Sequence record: NC_002166.1
Reading direction: 5' to 3' (one strand)
DNA: 40,751 nt
Source of the DNA: Escherichia phage HK022
The first letter of the stretch is position 1, and each line of letters starts with the position of its first letter. The notes beneath the pieces are model-generated. The model worked only from the letters and a program-made list of their open reading frames with translations, did no database searches and was not told the origin of the DNA. Positions 17,993 to 26,079 of the stretch are shown piece by piece. Made by a program: the position numbers and the translations under genes.

Positions 17993-18630
17993 TGGCCGAA
18001 TTTGGCGCGATGATATTAATGGACAACGGGAACCCATTTGTAACGCCCCAGTCAACGCCTTTTTGTCTTTACGGCAAGTACACTTTCAACTCCTCTGCTA
18101 ATGGCAGTTCGCAGCAGGTTGCTCAGAATATTGCATTAAATGCTGACTACCCTGTGATGGTATTTATCAGGACCACAAATACCGCCCAGCCCACGCCAGT
18201 AATATCTTACCGGAACGGCGGAAATATATATGTCGCGGGGGTTAATCCCTATAACCAGAGCTTCACGTTAACCGCATATATTTTTGCCATATTTCCCCAG
18301 ACGTTACCGAAATGGGGGATGGCCATCTGGGATTCGAGCGGGAAGCTGGTACTCACTAATGAGTCCCGCGTGCTGTCAGACTTGCAGACAATCGGAACGC
18401 CTGGAGCAAACGGCGGGATTAACATTGACCAGACGCTTGATGGTTCATGGGCAGTGGCTCCATCAAGGCTGGGGCAAGTGAACAGAAACGACGCTTACTC
18501 ATCTTGTAGGTATTCAGGCACAAGTACAAGAATAAACGCCGGTACAGCCGCAAATACACCTGGCGGTGCTGGAGGGGTGATAAATAATGGAATTATCCTG
18601 ACAGCAATTAAAACAGACGCCTATGACTGA
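17992..18630 (+). CDS. hypothetical protein (212 aa), tail accessory region
   Basis: ATG overlaps upstream stop (TAATG); GGAGA RBS; Gly/Asn/Thr-rich, fibre-like composition. Confidence 0.5.
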   Translation: MAEFGAMILMDNGNPFVTPQSTPFCLYGKYTFNSSANGSSQQVAQNIALNADYPVMVFIRTTNTAQPTPVISYRNGGNIYVAGVNPYNQSFTLTAYIFAIFPQTLPKWGMAIWDSSGKLVLTNESRVLSDLQTIGTPGANGGINIDQTLDGSWAVAPSRLGQVNRNDAYSSCRYSGTSTRINAGTAANTPGGAGGVINNGIILTAIKTDAYD

Positions 18631-18737
18631 TTGTTTTGAGCGATCAATAACAAATAATTTATCTATCTAATCAATTATACCCATCGATTATGTATTGGTA
18701 TCTTCGAAGCTACTGAATACCTCTGGATACTATCAAA

Positions 18738-18971
18738 ATGAAAAGGCTAATTATCTGCATAGCGGGCGCTTTAATGCTGTCTGGTTGCGCTGGTGTACTT
18801 GAGAAACAGAAACCGATTTGCAGCGGCACGGCATATATGGGTGGCCATGAGAATACCGTTATGATTTACGCCGTTCGAAAGCAAAACAACCAGACGCAAT
18901 ACCGGGCCGGATATCCCTTTAACTGGCGCTGGGTAAGTGCGAACACATTCACAAGCACGACATGTAAATAA
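18738..18971 (+). CDS. cor: small lipoprotein, Cor-like (candidate superinfection exclusion)
   Basis: 77 aa; signal peptide with lipobox LSGC (Cys17); AT-rich upstream region; followed by a terminator; same position as cor in phi80/N15-type phages. Confidence 0.6.
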   Translation: MKRLIICIAGALMLSGCAGVLEKQKPICSGTAYMGGHENTVMIYAVRKQNNQTQYRAGYPFNWRWVSANTFTSTTCK

Positions 18972-18991
18972 CTCATGATTTTCAATGCAAA

Positions 18992-19016
18992 CCTCGCCTC
19001 GGCGGGGTTTTTTATT
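18992..19016 (+). terminator. rho-independent terminator
   Basis: CCTCGCC-tc-GGCGGGG hairpin plus T6. Confidence 0.6.
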
Positions 19017-19029
19017 GCCTGGAGAAAAT

Positions 19030-20130
19030 ATGCTTTATAACACTGGAACCATCGCCATTAACGGAAACAGCGCCACCGGCACGGGCACGAACTGGACGGC
19101 ACCCGCCAGCCAGGTTCGCGCTGGCCAGACGATTATCGTGATGTCTAACCCGGTGCAGCTGTTTCAGATTTCATCCGTGAACAGCGCCACGTCAATGACG
19201 GTTACTCCAGCTGCTTCCCCGGCGCTGAGCGGCCAGAAGTATGGAATTCTTGTGTCGGACATTATCTCGGTTGATGGGCTGGCACAGGCCATGTCACAGC
19301 TCATCAAAGAGTACGACGAGAATATTGGCGCGTGGGAGACCTTCGCCAGCACCTCAGCAAACCAGCTGGTCACTGTGACAATCAACGGCACCAGCCTCAG
19401 CATTCCTGCCATCGGTGGTCTCGCCCGGAAAGGGGCAAATAGCGATATCACAGAGCTGAAAGGGCTAAGTACAGCATTGAGTGTTGCTCAGGGTGGGACA
19501 GGTGGCAAAAACGCTACGGACGCAGCAAATAATATTGGTGTTGGGCCTGCCAGTTATCCATTATTTTCTGGAGCGACCGTTTCGACAACAGGCTATGCAA
19601 TTCTCGGAGCGCAAAATACTTCGCGAGAAGCAACGGATGTTGGGGCACGCGTTCAGCTTGAAGCGTCTATTGCTGCAAACGCTCCCGCAGTAATCATACA
19701 AAGGAATAATCAGAATAATCAGACAGGACAAATACGCTCAGTACTGCCATCAACATCTGGCACACTTGCTGTGCAGGGAACATCAGGAAGAGACTATAAA
19801 AAGAACATTTCTCCTGCGAATCCAGAAGAGGCTTTAGGAAGAATACTTGCGCTTGAGCTTGTCAATTTTGTTTACAAGGATGATGAGAAGGATCGCCAGA
19901 GATTTGGGATTATTGCGGAAGACGCAGAAGTTATTGCTCCACAATATATTAAACACAACCAAGAACCGATTCCAGGAACGGAGGTTTTCAATGAAGATGG
20001 ACACAAGATAGGAGAGGAGTTCCGTGATCGCCCATCAGTAGACAATAATCCTATTGTGATGGACCTGATTGGGTGTATTCATGGGTTGCAAAGACAAATT
20101 ACCGATCTTAGACAGGAGCTTGTTGACTAA
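19030..20130 (+). CDS. tail fibre protein with C-terminal intramolecular chaperone-like domain
   Basis: 366 aa from ATG 19030 (GGAGAA RBS); the track's upstream start at 18985 would read through the terminator; C-terminal segment RFGIIAEDAEVIAPQYI resembles the self-cleaving chaperone domain of tail fibres and tailspikes. Confidence 0.7.
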   Translation: MLYNTGTIAINGNSATGTGTNWTAPASQVRAGQTIIVMSNPVQLFQISSVNSATSMTVTPAASPALSGQKYGILVSDIISVDGLAQAMSQLIKEYDENIGAWETFASTSANQLVTVTINGTSLSIPAIGGLARKGANSDITELKGLSTALSVAQGGTGGKNATDAANNIGVGPASYPLFSGATVSTTGYAILGAQNTSREATDVGARVQLEASIAANAPAVIIQRNNQNNQTGQIRSVLPSTSGTLAVQGTSGRDYKKNISPANPEEALGRILALELVNFVYKDDEKDRQRFGIIAEDAEVIAPQYIKHNQEPIPGTEVFNEDGHKIGEEFRDRPSVDNNPIVMDLIGCIHGLQRQITDLRQELVD

Positions 20131-20452
20131 AGCCTTTTAGTAAAATCTTGATTTCAGGAATCAAAACTTCCATTGGTTAGATAGGTTGGATTAGTGAAAA
20201 AACCGCAAATCCTAGACCGACAGAGCGAGGAACATTCACGGATTGTTTACAATATGCAATGCTGCAGTCACGCAATAATTAACGGGCTGCGGCAGCGGCC
20301 AGGTTGTTCATGCCCTGGCGAGTGCAGAAAGTATATAATTTAATAATGCGGTCACCACATGTTTTGCCCGATTTTGGTTGCCGTACTGATAGCCTCAGCC
20401 GGTTCTTTGAATAATCTTGCGGTAGCCAGACTCCAACTCCCACTCCTTTGAC

Positions 20453-20492
20453 AAAAAATTAGCGCAAGAAGACAAAAATCACCTTGCGCTAA
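20453..20492 (-). terminator. rho-independent terminator downstream of int (lambda tI/sib-like position)
   Basis: TTAGCGCAAG / CTTGCGCTAA 10-bp inverted repeat with 14-nt loop, followed on the minus strand by T6; about 230 nt beyond the int stop. Confidence 0.5.
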
Positions 20493-20501
20493 TGCTCTGT
20501 C

Positions 20502-20730
20502 TCAGGTCACTAATACTATCTAAGTAGTTGATTCATAGTGACTGGATATGTTGCGTTTTGTCGCATTATGTAGTCTATCATTTAACCACAGATTAGTGTA
20601 ATGCGATGATTTTTAAGTGATTAATGTTATTTTGTCATCCTTTAGGTGAATAAGTTGTATATTTAAAATCTCTTTAATTATCAGTAAATTAATGTAAGTA
20701 GGTCATTATTAGTCAAAATAAAATCATTTG
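20502..20730. other. attP region with lambda-type Int arm sites
   Basis: P-arm CAGGTCACTA (20503..20512) and inverted ATAGTGACTG (20535..20544); IHF-like site between them; P'-arm AGGTCATTAT / TAGTCAAAAT / AAATCATTTG at 20700..20730; spacing places the core near 20639..20653. Confidence 0.65.
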
Positions 20731-21797
20731 TCGATTTCAATTTTGTCCCATTCCCGTCCACGGCTGTCCCTATACCGCGCCGCCATTGAATCTGATTTAT
20801 GCCCGAGAAGACGTTGAGCAAACTTATCGCCAATCTGGTTCCGGTATAGCCTCGCTGACAGGCTACGCAGTTCATGGAATGTTGGCGGGTTTCCATCAAA
20901 TGAGAGTCCAGATGCATTTCTCGCCTTTGTAAAATACTTTGATACTGTTTTCGGGGAAAGCGGATCGTGATGCTTTGATGCGATTATAGTTTCACTGCTG
21001 CTGGCCTCCCTGCATTGCTGTAGTGTATCAGCCAATGAGATATTGAGCGCGTCAATCGTTAGCGTTAGTGGAATGGCGAGTTTAGCCCCTGTTTTACTCT
21101 GTTCAATGTGAAGATGGTTGTCGTTTATGTCTGACCATTTCATTCTGCACAAATCGCCTACTCTCTGCCCTGTAACGACAGCCAAATCCATTGCCAGTCT
21201 CAGCCAGATTGGGAGCGGTTCGGCTGCATGGTATATCGCGACATATTCATTAGCTGTCAGTCTTGAACGCCTTACTTCTGATTTTGCTGTGCGGGTTGCT
21301 GTTACCGGATTCGTAGCCACATGCCCCTCGGCTATTGCCTCACGAAAAACGTCAACAAGGGTTGACCTGATCAATTTTGCGGAAGCCGATTTGCCTTCTG
21401 CTACGTAGGTGTTTAGCATTGCTGCCACCTCTTTCGTTGATATGTCAGCGAGCGGTTTGTCCGGCAATTTTCTTCGGATTGCTCTGATTTTGCTGGCGTA
21501 GTCGAGTAGAGTTTTCGGCCTGATACCCCTCTCGCTGAGGATTGTTTCATATCGGTCAAGCCACGCATGAAGAGTGATTGCGTCAGCGCCTTTAATTCTG
21601 TCTATCAGTGACTCACGCCTGTTCCCGGATAGCAACTCAATGTTGGCCTGTATAGCTTCAGTGATTGCGATTCGCCTGTCTCGGCCTAATCCAAACTCTT
21701 TACCCGTCCTTGGGTCCCTGTAGCAGTAATATCCATTGTTTCTTATATAAAGGTTAGGGGGTAAATCCCGGCGCTCATGACTTCGCCTTCTTCCCAT
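20724..21797 (-). CDS. int: tyrosine integrase (lambda Int family)
   Basis: 357 aa; N-terminal arm-binding region and C-terminal catalytic region closely resemble lambda Int as recalled (e.g. HELRSLSARLY, LLGHKSD). Confidence 0.95.
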   Translation of the reverse strand: MGRRRSHERRDLPPNLYIRNNGYYCYRDPRTGKEFGLGRDRRIAITEAIQANIELLSGNRRESLIDRIKGADAITLHAWLDRYETILSERGIRPKTLLDYASKIRAIRRKLPDKPLADISTKEVAAMLNTYVAEGKSASAKLIRSTLVDVFREAIAEGHVATNPVTATRTAKSEVRRSRLTANEYVAIYHAAEPLPIWLRLAMDLAVVTGQRVGDLCRMKWSDINDNHLHIEQSKTGAKLAIPLTLTIDALNISLADTLQQCREASSSETIIASKHHDPLSPKTVSKYFTKARNASGLSFDGNPPTFHELRSLSARLYRNQIGDKFAQRLLGHKSDSMAARYRDSRGREWDKIEIDK

Positions 21798-21993
21798 TTC
21801 TGATCCTCTTCAAAAGGCTACCTGTTACTGGTCGATTTAAGTCAACCTTTACCGCTGATTCGTGGAACAGATACTCTCTTCCATCCTTAACCGGAGGAGG
21901 GAATATCCTGCATTCGCGCACCCATCGACGAACTGTTTCAAGGCTTCTTGGGCGTCGCTGGCGAGCGTTCCACTCCTGAAGTGTTAAGTACAT
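21775..21993 (-). CDS. xis: excisionase
   Basis: 72 aa from ATG 21993 (MYLTLQEWNARQRRPRSLETVRRWVRECRIFPP...), essentially the lambda Xis sequence as recalled; overlaps int start. Confidence 0.9.
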   Translation of the reverse strand: MYLTLQEWNARQRRPRSLETVRRWVRECRIFPPPVKDGREYLFHESAVKVDLNRPVTGSLLKRIRNGKKAKS

Positions 21994-22097
21994 CGCAAAG
22001 TCTCCGCAATTACACGCAAGAAAAAGCCGCATTGATGCGGCGATGGTAGGTCTGGATATCTTGAGAAATGAACAGGCCTCATCGAGTGTGAGGCGGG

Positions 22098-22442
22098 TTA
22101 GTCCTTGCGTAGCTCGCTGATTCTTCTGTAAGTCTCTGGTGCTTTGTTTCCGTGTATCTTCATTTCAGACTTCAACAGAGCAACGAGGGAATCCCATTCG
22201 TTGAGGATTCCTTTGAATGACGGAACGCGCTTTGCAACCTTGTCGAATGAATCTCTGATTTCTGGAATCTGCTCAACAAGTGCAACGCATCGCCGGAAGT
22301 CTGCTGCGTCATGGGGAGCGCCGAAGTGATGACCATAGATATTCTTTTTCAGTCCACATGCGATTGAGGCAAGAGTTGCGCTACTGATGCCGACATCGCC
22401 AGTCGATTGCCATTTCAAAATCTTCATAGCCAAATCTGACAT
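22098..22442 (-). CDS. hypothetical protein (114 aa)
   Basis: ATG 22442 with GGAGA 6 nt upstream; preceded on the minus strand by a terminator. Confidence 0.5.
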   Translation of the reverse strand: MSDLAMKILKWQSTGDVGISSATLASIACGLKKNIYGHHFGAPHDAADFRRCVALVEQIPEIRDSFDKVAKRVPSFKGILNEWDSLVALLKSEMKIHGNKAPETYRRISELRKD

Positions 22443-22454
22443 TTCTTGTCTCCA

Positions 22455-22479
22455 ATAAAAAACCGCCATCAGGCGGTTT
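22455..22479 (-). terminator. rho-independent terminator in leftward operon
   Basis: CCGCC-tgat-GGCGG hairpin followed by T6 on the minus strand. Confidence 0.6.
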
Positions 22480-22648
22480 GGTGTTCTTTCAGTTCTTCAA
22501 TTCGAATATTGGTTACGTCTGCATGTGCTATCTGCGCCCATATCATCCAGTGGTTATAGCAGTCGTTGATGTCCTCTGCTTCGATAACTCTGTTGAATGG
22601 TTCTCCATTCCATTCACCTGTGACTCGGAAGGCATTTATCATCTCCAT
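22469..22648 (-). CDS. hypothetical small protein (59 aa)
   Basis: ORF below the 60-aa track cut-off; stop codon lies inside the terminator hairpin; weak RBS. Confidence 0.3.
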   Translation of the reverse strand: MEMINAFRVTGEWNGEPFNRVIEAEDINDCYNHWMIWAQIAHADVTNIRIEELKEHQTA

Positions 22649-22707
22649 AAAACAAAACCCGCCGTAGCGAGTTCAGATAAAAGAAATCCCCGCGAATGCG
22701 AGGATTG

Positions 22708-22992
22708 TCATTCATTGTCGATATTCACCTTTATCGCGAACACCTTTACCGGTTTATCACCGAAGTGCGGATGTGTGATTGTCTTGATTTCATATCCGTC
22801 ATACGGGACGTCAATTCTACGACTGGAGTCGTCGCGCTTCGGATATCCCTTTGTGATAATCAGTCGGTCATAATCCCTGAACATAATTCGCTTATTCCAG
22901 TAGTCATTACACAGTCGATACTCTTCCGTTTTCTCCCTGCGAATCATGGCATCGAAGTATTCACCTTTGACGGCAAGTTGCAGGTTAGCCAC
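22708..22992 (-). CDS. hypothetical protein (94 aa)
   Basis: GTG start with AGGAGG 6 nt upstream; start overlaps stop of upstream gene. Confidence 0.5.
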   Translation of the reverse strand: MANLQLAVKGEYFDAMIRREKTEEYRLCNDYWNKRIMFRDYDRLIITKGYPKRDDSSRRIDVPYDGYEIKTITHPHFGDKPVKVFAIKVNIDNE

Positions 22993-23350
22993 GGTTAACC
23001 TCCTGCGGCGGTTCCGGTAGCGGCATCCAGTGTGACGGTTTCCACGACGCCCCAGGAATTAGCCACCCATCATTAGCGTCAGGATGCCCCGGGATGTAAG
23101 TCGCCCATTTCATTCGCCAGTCACCTTTCCTGTCAAACTCCCTGGCAACAAGAACGGCTGTTTTGCTATCCGGCATTCGCTCACTACAGCTTATCCAACC
23201 ATCCGGAGTTACCGGATAGTTGCCAGCCTTACGCATGGCAATCTCCACGATTTCAACCATATCTCCTGGCAGAATTTTACAAAGCTGGCCAAAGCGCCTC
23301 TGCTGCCTGGCATACTCGAGGATGTGCTCCAGTTTGGTTCGATTAATCAT
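22985..23350 (-). CDS. hypothetical protein, DUF551-like C-terminus
   Basis: 121 aa; C-terminal W.PLPEPP motif typical of DUF551 phage proteins; AAGGGGGA RBS. Confidence 0.55.
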   Translation of the reverse strand: MINRTKLEHILEYARQQRRFGQLCKILPGDMVEIVEIAMRKAGNYPVTPDGWISCSERMPDSKTAVLVAREFDRKGDWRMKWATYIPGHPDANDGWLIPGASWKPSHWMPLPEPPQEVNRG

Positions 23351-23712
23351 GATTTATCCCCCTTAAGCATGGCTGCACGGCAGGCATTCCAGCCTCTCAC
23401 CTCTGCAATAGCGGCAACAGCATCGACCGCGTACATGCTAAGAGGGTTAGGCATTGTTTTTTCTTCAGGTACTACTGGCACTGGAGGGGCGGCATAAACA
23501 GGAATAACGTCCGCTTGCTCTTTATTGCTTTCATCCGTTAAAGCCCAGAATAATTTCCCGGCCGGATGTTTGAAAATATAAGCAACTGGATCTGCTTCCA
23601 GCGATGCCAGTGCAATTTCATAAGCACGGCGCTCAATATTGTCTCGAACGTCCAAGCTGCCTATGCGCTCTTTGATTTCTTTAATCAGTTCTTTGTCGGT
23701 AAAAGTGGTCAT
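23347..23712 (-). CDS. hypothetical protein (121 aa)
   Basis: ATG 23712 with AGGAGA 5 nt upstream; stop overlaps downstream start (ATGA). Confidence 0.5.
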   Translation of the reverse strand: MTTFTDKELIKEIKERIGSLDVRDNIERRAYEIALASLEADPVAYIFKHPAGKLFWALTDESNKEQADVIPVYAAPPVPVVPEEKTMPNPLSMYAVDAVAAIAEVRGWNACRAAMLKGDKS

Positions 23713-23713
23713 A

Positions 23714-24421
23714 TCACTCTCCTTTGATGCGAATGCCAGCAAGCCAGTTTCTTATGCCGATATATTCAGCGTTCCTGAAACCGCTTTTTACATATATAAA
23801 TGGCAAGCGAAGATTGTGACCATTGACTGCCAGGTAGTCTTTACAACCCTGTTCGGTGAAACAGCAGGTAACGAATTCATCAATATCTTTCACAGCAACG
23901 CGCCGCCATTTTTCTGGTGGCTCTCGAAAGTTTTCGTGAAGTAGTTCGAGACGACGACTTTGGCGTTTATTGGCTTCATTGCCATCTTCATCAACCCAGA
24001 CAATCCGGTCATAGTCATAATCAGCATCAACAACGATTTCGCGCTTTTGATACACACAAAACATAGGGTCTGACGTTATTCGATTATCCTGTGTTCGAAT
24101 ATTTTCACCGATGATGCCAAACGAATCTGGTGCAGAGTTTGTCTGCAACTCTTCGATACGTTCAGCCATAGCAGCACACTCTTCAAAGTTGCTTAATGCT
24201 TTTCGCTCCCATTCGGCGCATTGTTTTTCCAGTTCTGCTATGCGCTTACTCCCATCCGAGATAACGCCCTCGTAATACTCACGCTGCTCGTTGAGTTTTG
24301 ATTCAAGTTCACCGAACTTACGGACAAGATATTCAGCGTTTGTTTCGTTAACCTTTAAATCTCGTGGGATGCATTTACCTTTCAGAAATCCATCCATCTC
24401 AATTAGTGACATTTGTTTCAT
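23714..24421 (-). CDS. hypothetical protein (235 aa) with N-terminal coiled coil
   Basis: ATG 24421 (track start at 24439 is GTG); translationally coupled to neighbours. Confidence 0.5.
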   Translation of the reverse strand: MKQMSLIEMDGFLKGKCIPRDLKVNETNAEYLVRKFGELESKLNEQREYYEGVISDGSKRIAELEKQCAEWERKALSNFEECAAMAERIEELQTNSAPDSFGIIGENIRTQDNRITSDPMFCVYQKREIVVDADYDYDRIVWVDEDGNEANKRQSRRLELLHENFREPPEKWRRVAVKDIDEFVTCCFTEQGCKDYLAVNGHNLRLPFIYVKSGFRNAEYIGIRNWLAGIRIKGE

Positions 24422-24582
24422 TTCTTCCCACTCCGCCACATCGCATTCAGATATTTGTTTTGATTCACTGATGGAAAAGAATTTCTCTTTAGCAATTCCT
24501 CTCTCGATGGCATTGGCTTTACGCGTTGGCGAATAATCATTTCTGCCGGAAGAATTCCTGGATTGTATGCAAGTCCTCTCAT
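24418..24582 (-). CDS. hypothetical small protein (54 aa)
   Basis: ATG 24582 with GAGGA 7 nt upstream; stop overlaps next start (ATGA); below track cut-off when started here. Confidence 0.35.
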   Translation of the reverse strand: MRGLAYNPGILPAEMIIRQRVKPMPSREELLKRNSFPSVNQNKYLNAMWRSGKK

Positions 24583-24592
24583 GGTAAATTCC

Positions 24593-24886
24593 TCAGTCAT
24601 TACTGATAGCGCCATAGCGTGAGCGGTAATTACGCAGGCGCGGGTCAATTTCAGGGAAGTGGGTATATGTGGCTTTGCGGAATGGTCGGATTGATGTCTG
24701 GTAAATTCGCTCGCGTTCTTCTTTCTCTGCAAGCCATATACAATGGCGAAATTCCTTTTCCTCTTTCGTTTCCTGCGGTAGCGACATTATCCGGTTGTAG
24801 TTTTTCCTGAATTTATCCAGCACCTCCGATACGGAATTGCCGGAACAGCGGCGCGCGTCATCCGCACCATACAGAGGCGCAGGCAT
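24593..24886 (-). CDS. hypothetical protein (97 aa)
   Basis: ATG 24886 with AAGGA upstream; basic protein. Confidence 0.4.
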   Translation of the reverse strand: MPAPLYGADDARRCSGNSVSEVLDKFRKNYNRIMSLPQETKEEKEFRHCIWLAEKEERERIYQTSIRPFRKATYTHFPEIDPRLRNYRSRYGAISND

Positions 24887-24909
24887 AATGGAATCCTTAT
24901 GTTGCTAAT

Positions 24910-25293
24910 TTAGAAGGGAATTGAATCGTCGTATTCAGGATGATTTTGATGATTGCTACTTTGTTGCTGTTGGCTGTTTCCTGAAGTTGCAAATCCAATC
25001 TTTGCATTCAGTAATTCAAGAGTGATTGATTGACCATTTTGCCCCTGATAAACATCAACCCTGATGTTTTCTCCGGTAATTTCTACAATGCCACCTTCAA
25101 CAAGAACACTACGGTAGTAATCCGCTTGCGCTCCCGGCTTGGCAAATACAACGGCGCTGTAGTTTGTCCATTCTTTCTTTTTTGTCTGGCGATCGTAATA
25201 CTGAACGCCAGCACGGATGTTGAATCCGATATTTTCCCCGGCCTGAAACTCTCTTGCGGGCTTGTTTAGTCTTACAGTAATCGAATGTGCCAT
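24910..25293 (-). CDS. single-strand DNA-binding protein-like
   Basis: 127 aa from ATG 25293 (overlaps erf-like stop, TAATG); C-terminal acidic tail ...PEYDDSIPF resembles the SSB DDDIPF tail; Gln-rich linker. Confidence 0.6.
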   Translation of the reverse strand: MAHSITVRLNKPAREFQAGENIGFNIRAGVQYYDRQTKKKEWTNYSAVVFAKPGAQADYYRSVLVEGGIVEITGENIRVDVYQGQNGQSITLELLNAKIGFATSGNSQQQQSSNHQNHPEYDDSIPF

Positions 25294-25898
25294 TAAGCAG
25301 CCGCTCCTTCTAATTCGTCTCGTCTGATGTTGTAAACGTCCTGCGCTTTGTGCTGCTCCGGTGTTCCTTCGAGCATCTTCCACGCTTTGGCGAACGCCTG
25401 TTTAAGCTCTTCCACGGTGTTTTTTTGCATTGCTGCGTCAGTGAATGCTTTTAGAACCTGTTCAGGTGTAGGTGATGGGTTTGATTGCTTTGCTGCTGCG
25501 TTCTGCTGATGTTTATGTTCGTCGGTATCTGCATCTTTCGCATCATCAATGCCGAACAAACCATTGAGGCAATACTTGCGTGCATAAGAGCTTGTAGCTC
25601 CAGTAACTTGTGCAGAATCCATTCCTTTCTTGCTTTCTTCCTCTCGTGCAAGGGCGGTTGCTGTATGACTGTTTTCGCCATCAGTAATAGTTGCTGTTGC
25701 TTTCACGTAATACCGATCACCAATCAACACAACTTCATCGCTGATTGATAAAAACAGGCCATTCAGTAACGGCTTAACACCCTCAAGAATGTCTTCGCAG
25801 CTTCTGTATTTATATTTACCGAATGAGTTGTACTGATTCTTTGGCGCGTTCAGATTCTCCTGAATGGCTGCCAGTCTTGCGTAAAATTCTTTGCTCAT
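25293..25898 (-). CDS. erf: Erf-family single-strand annealing protein
   Basis: 201 aa from ATG 25898; N-terminus MSKEFYARLAAIQENLNAPKNQYNSFGKYKYRSCEDILEGVKPLL matches my recollection of P22 Erf. Confidence 0.6.
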   Translation of the reverse strand: MSKEFYARLAAIQENLNAPKNQYNSFGKYKYRSCEDILEGVKPLLNGLFLSISDEVVLIGDRYYVKATATITDGENSHTATALAREEESKKGMDSAQVTGATSSYARKYCLNGLFGIDDAKDADTDEHKHQQNAAAKQSNPSPTPEQVLKAFTDAAMQKNTVEELKQAFAKAWKMLEGTPEQHKAQDVYNIRRDELEGAAA

Positions 25899-25908
25899 AT
25901 GTTTGTTC

Positions 25909-26079
25909 TCAGAATGGACATGGCCCAAGGAAATAACGCTGATTTAATACTTCAGTCTTTGCCGCATTCAAAAATACGCGAACACCTTCACGATCTCCCT
26001 TCTGGCGATACATTAACGCCTGCTGCGTGTACATGCGTCTCTGTAACTTGCTCTCCTTCACTGTGGTTGCAAGTGACAT
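25909..26079 (-). CDS. hypothetical small protein (56 aa) upstream of erf
   Basis: ATG 26079 preceded by AAGGAG with 6-nt spacer; not in the ORF track (under 60 aa); overlaps the weaker track ORF 25988..26173. Confidence 0.4.
   Translation of the reverse strand: MSLATTVKESKLQRRMYTQQALMYRQKGDREGVRVFLNAAKTEVLNQRYFLGPCPF

Noticed and set aside
18985-19029. N-terminal extension of the tail fibre ORF from ATG 18985
   Set aside because: The extension reads through the terminator hairpin and encodes an Arg/Pro-rich leader; the internal ATG at 19030 has a GGAGAA RBS.
20131-20452. Possible Cys-rich 29-aa micro-ORF (from about 20262) and promoter-like TTTACA in the region between the tail fibre gene and attP
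   Set aside because: Too short and without RBS; the region is more plausibly non-coding b-region/att flanking DNA.
22478-22873. 131-aa plus-strand ORF in the leftward early operon
   Set aside because: Overlaps minus-strand genes and a minus-strand terminator; composition Cys/His/Phe-rich typical of antisense frames.
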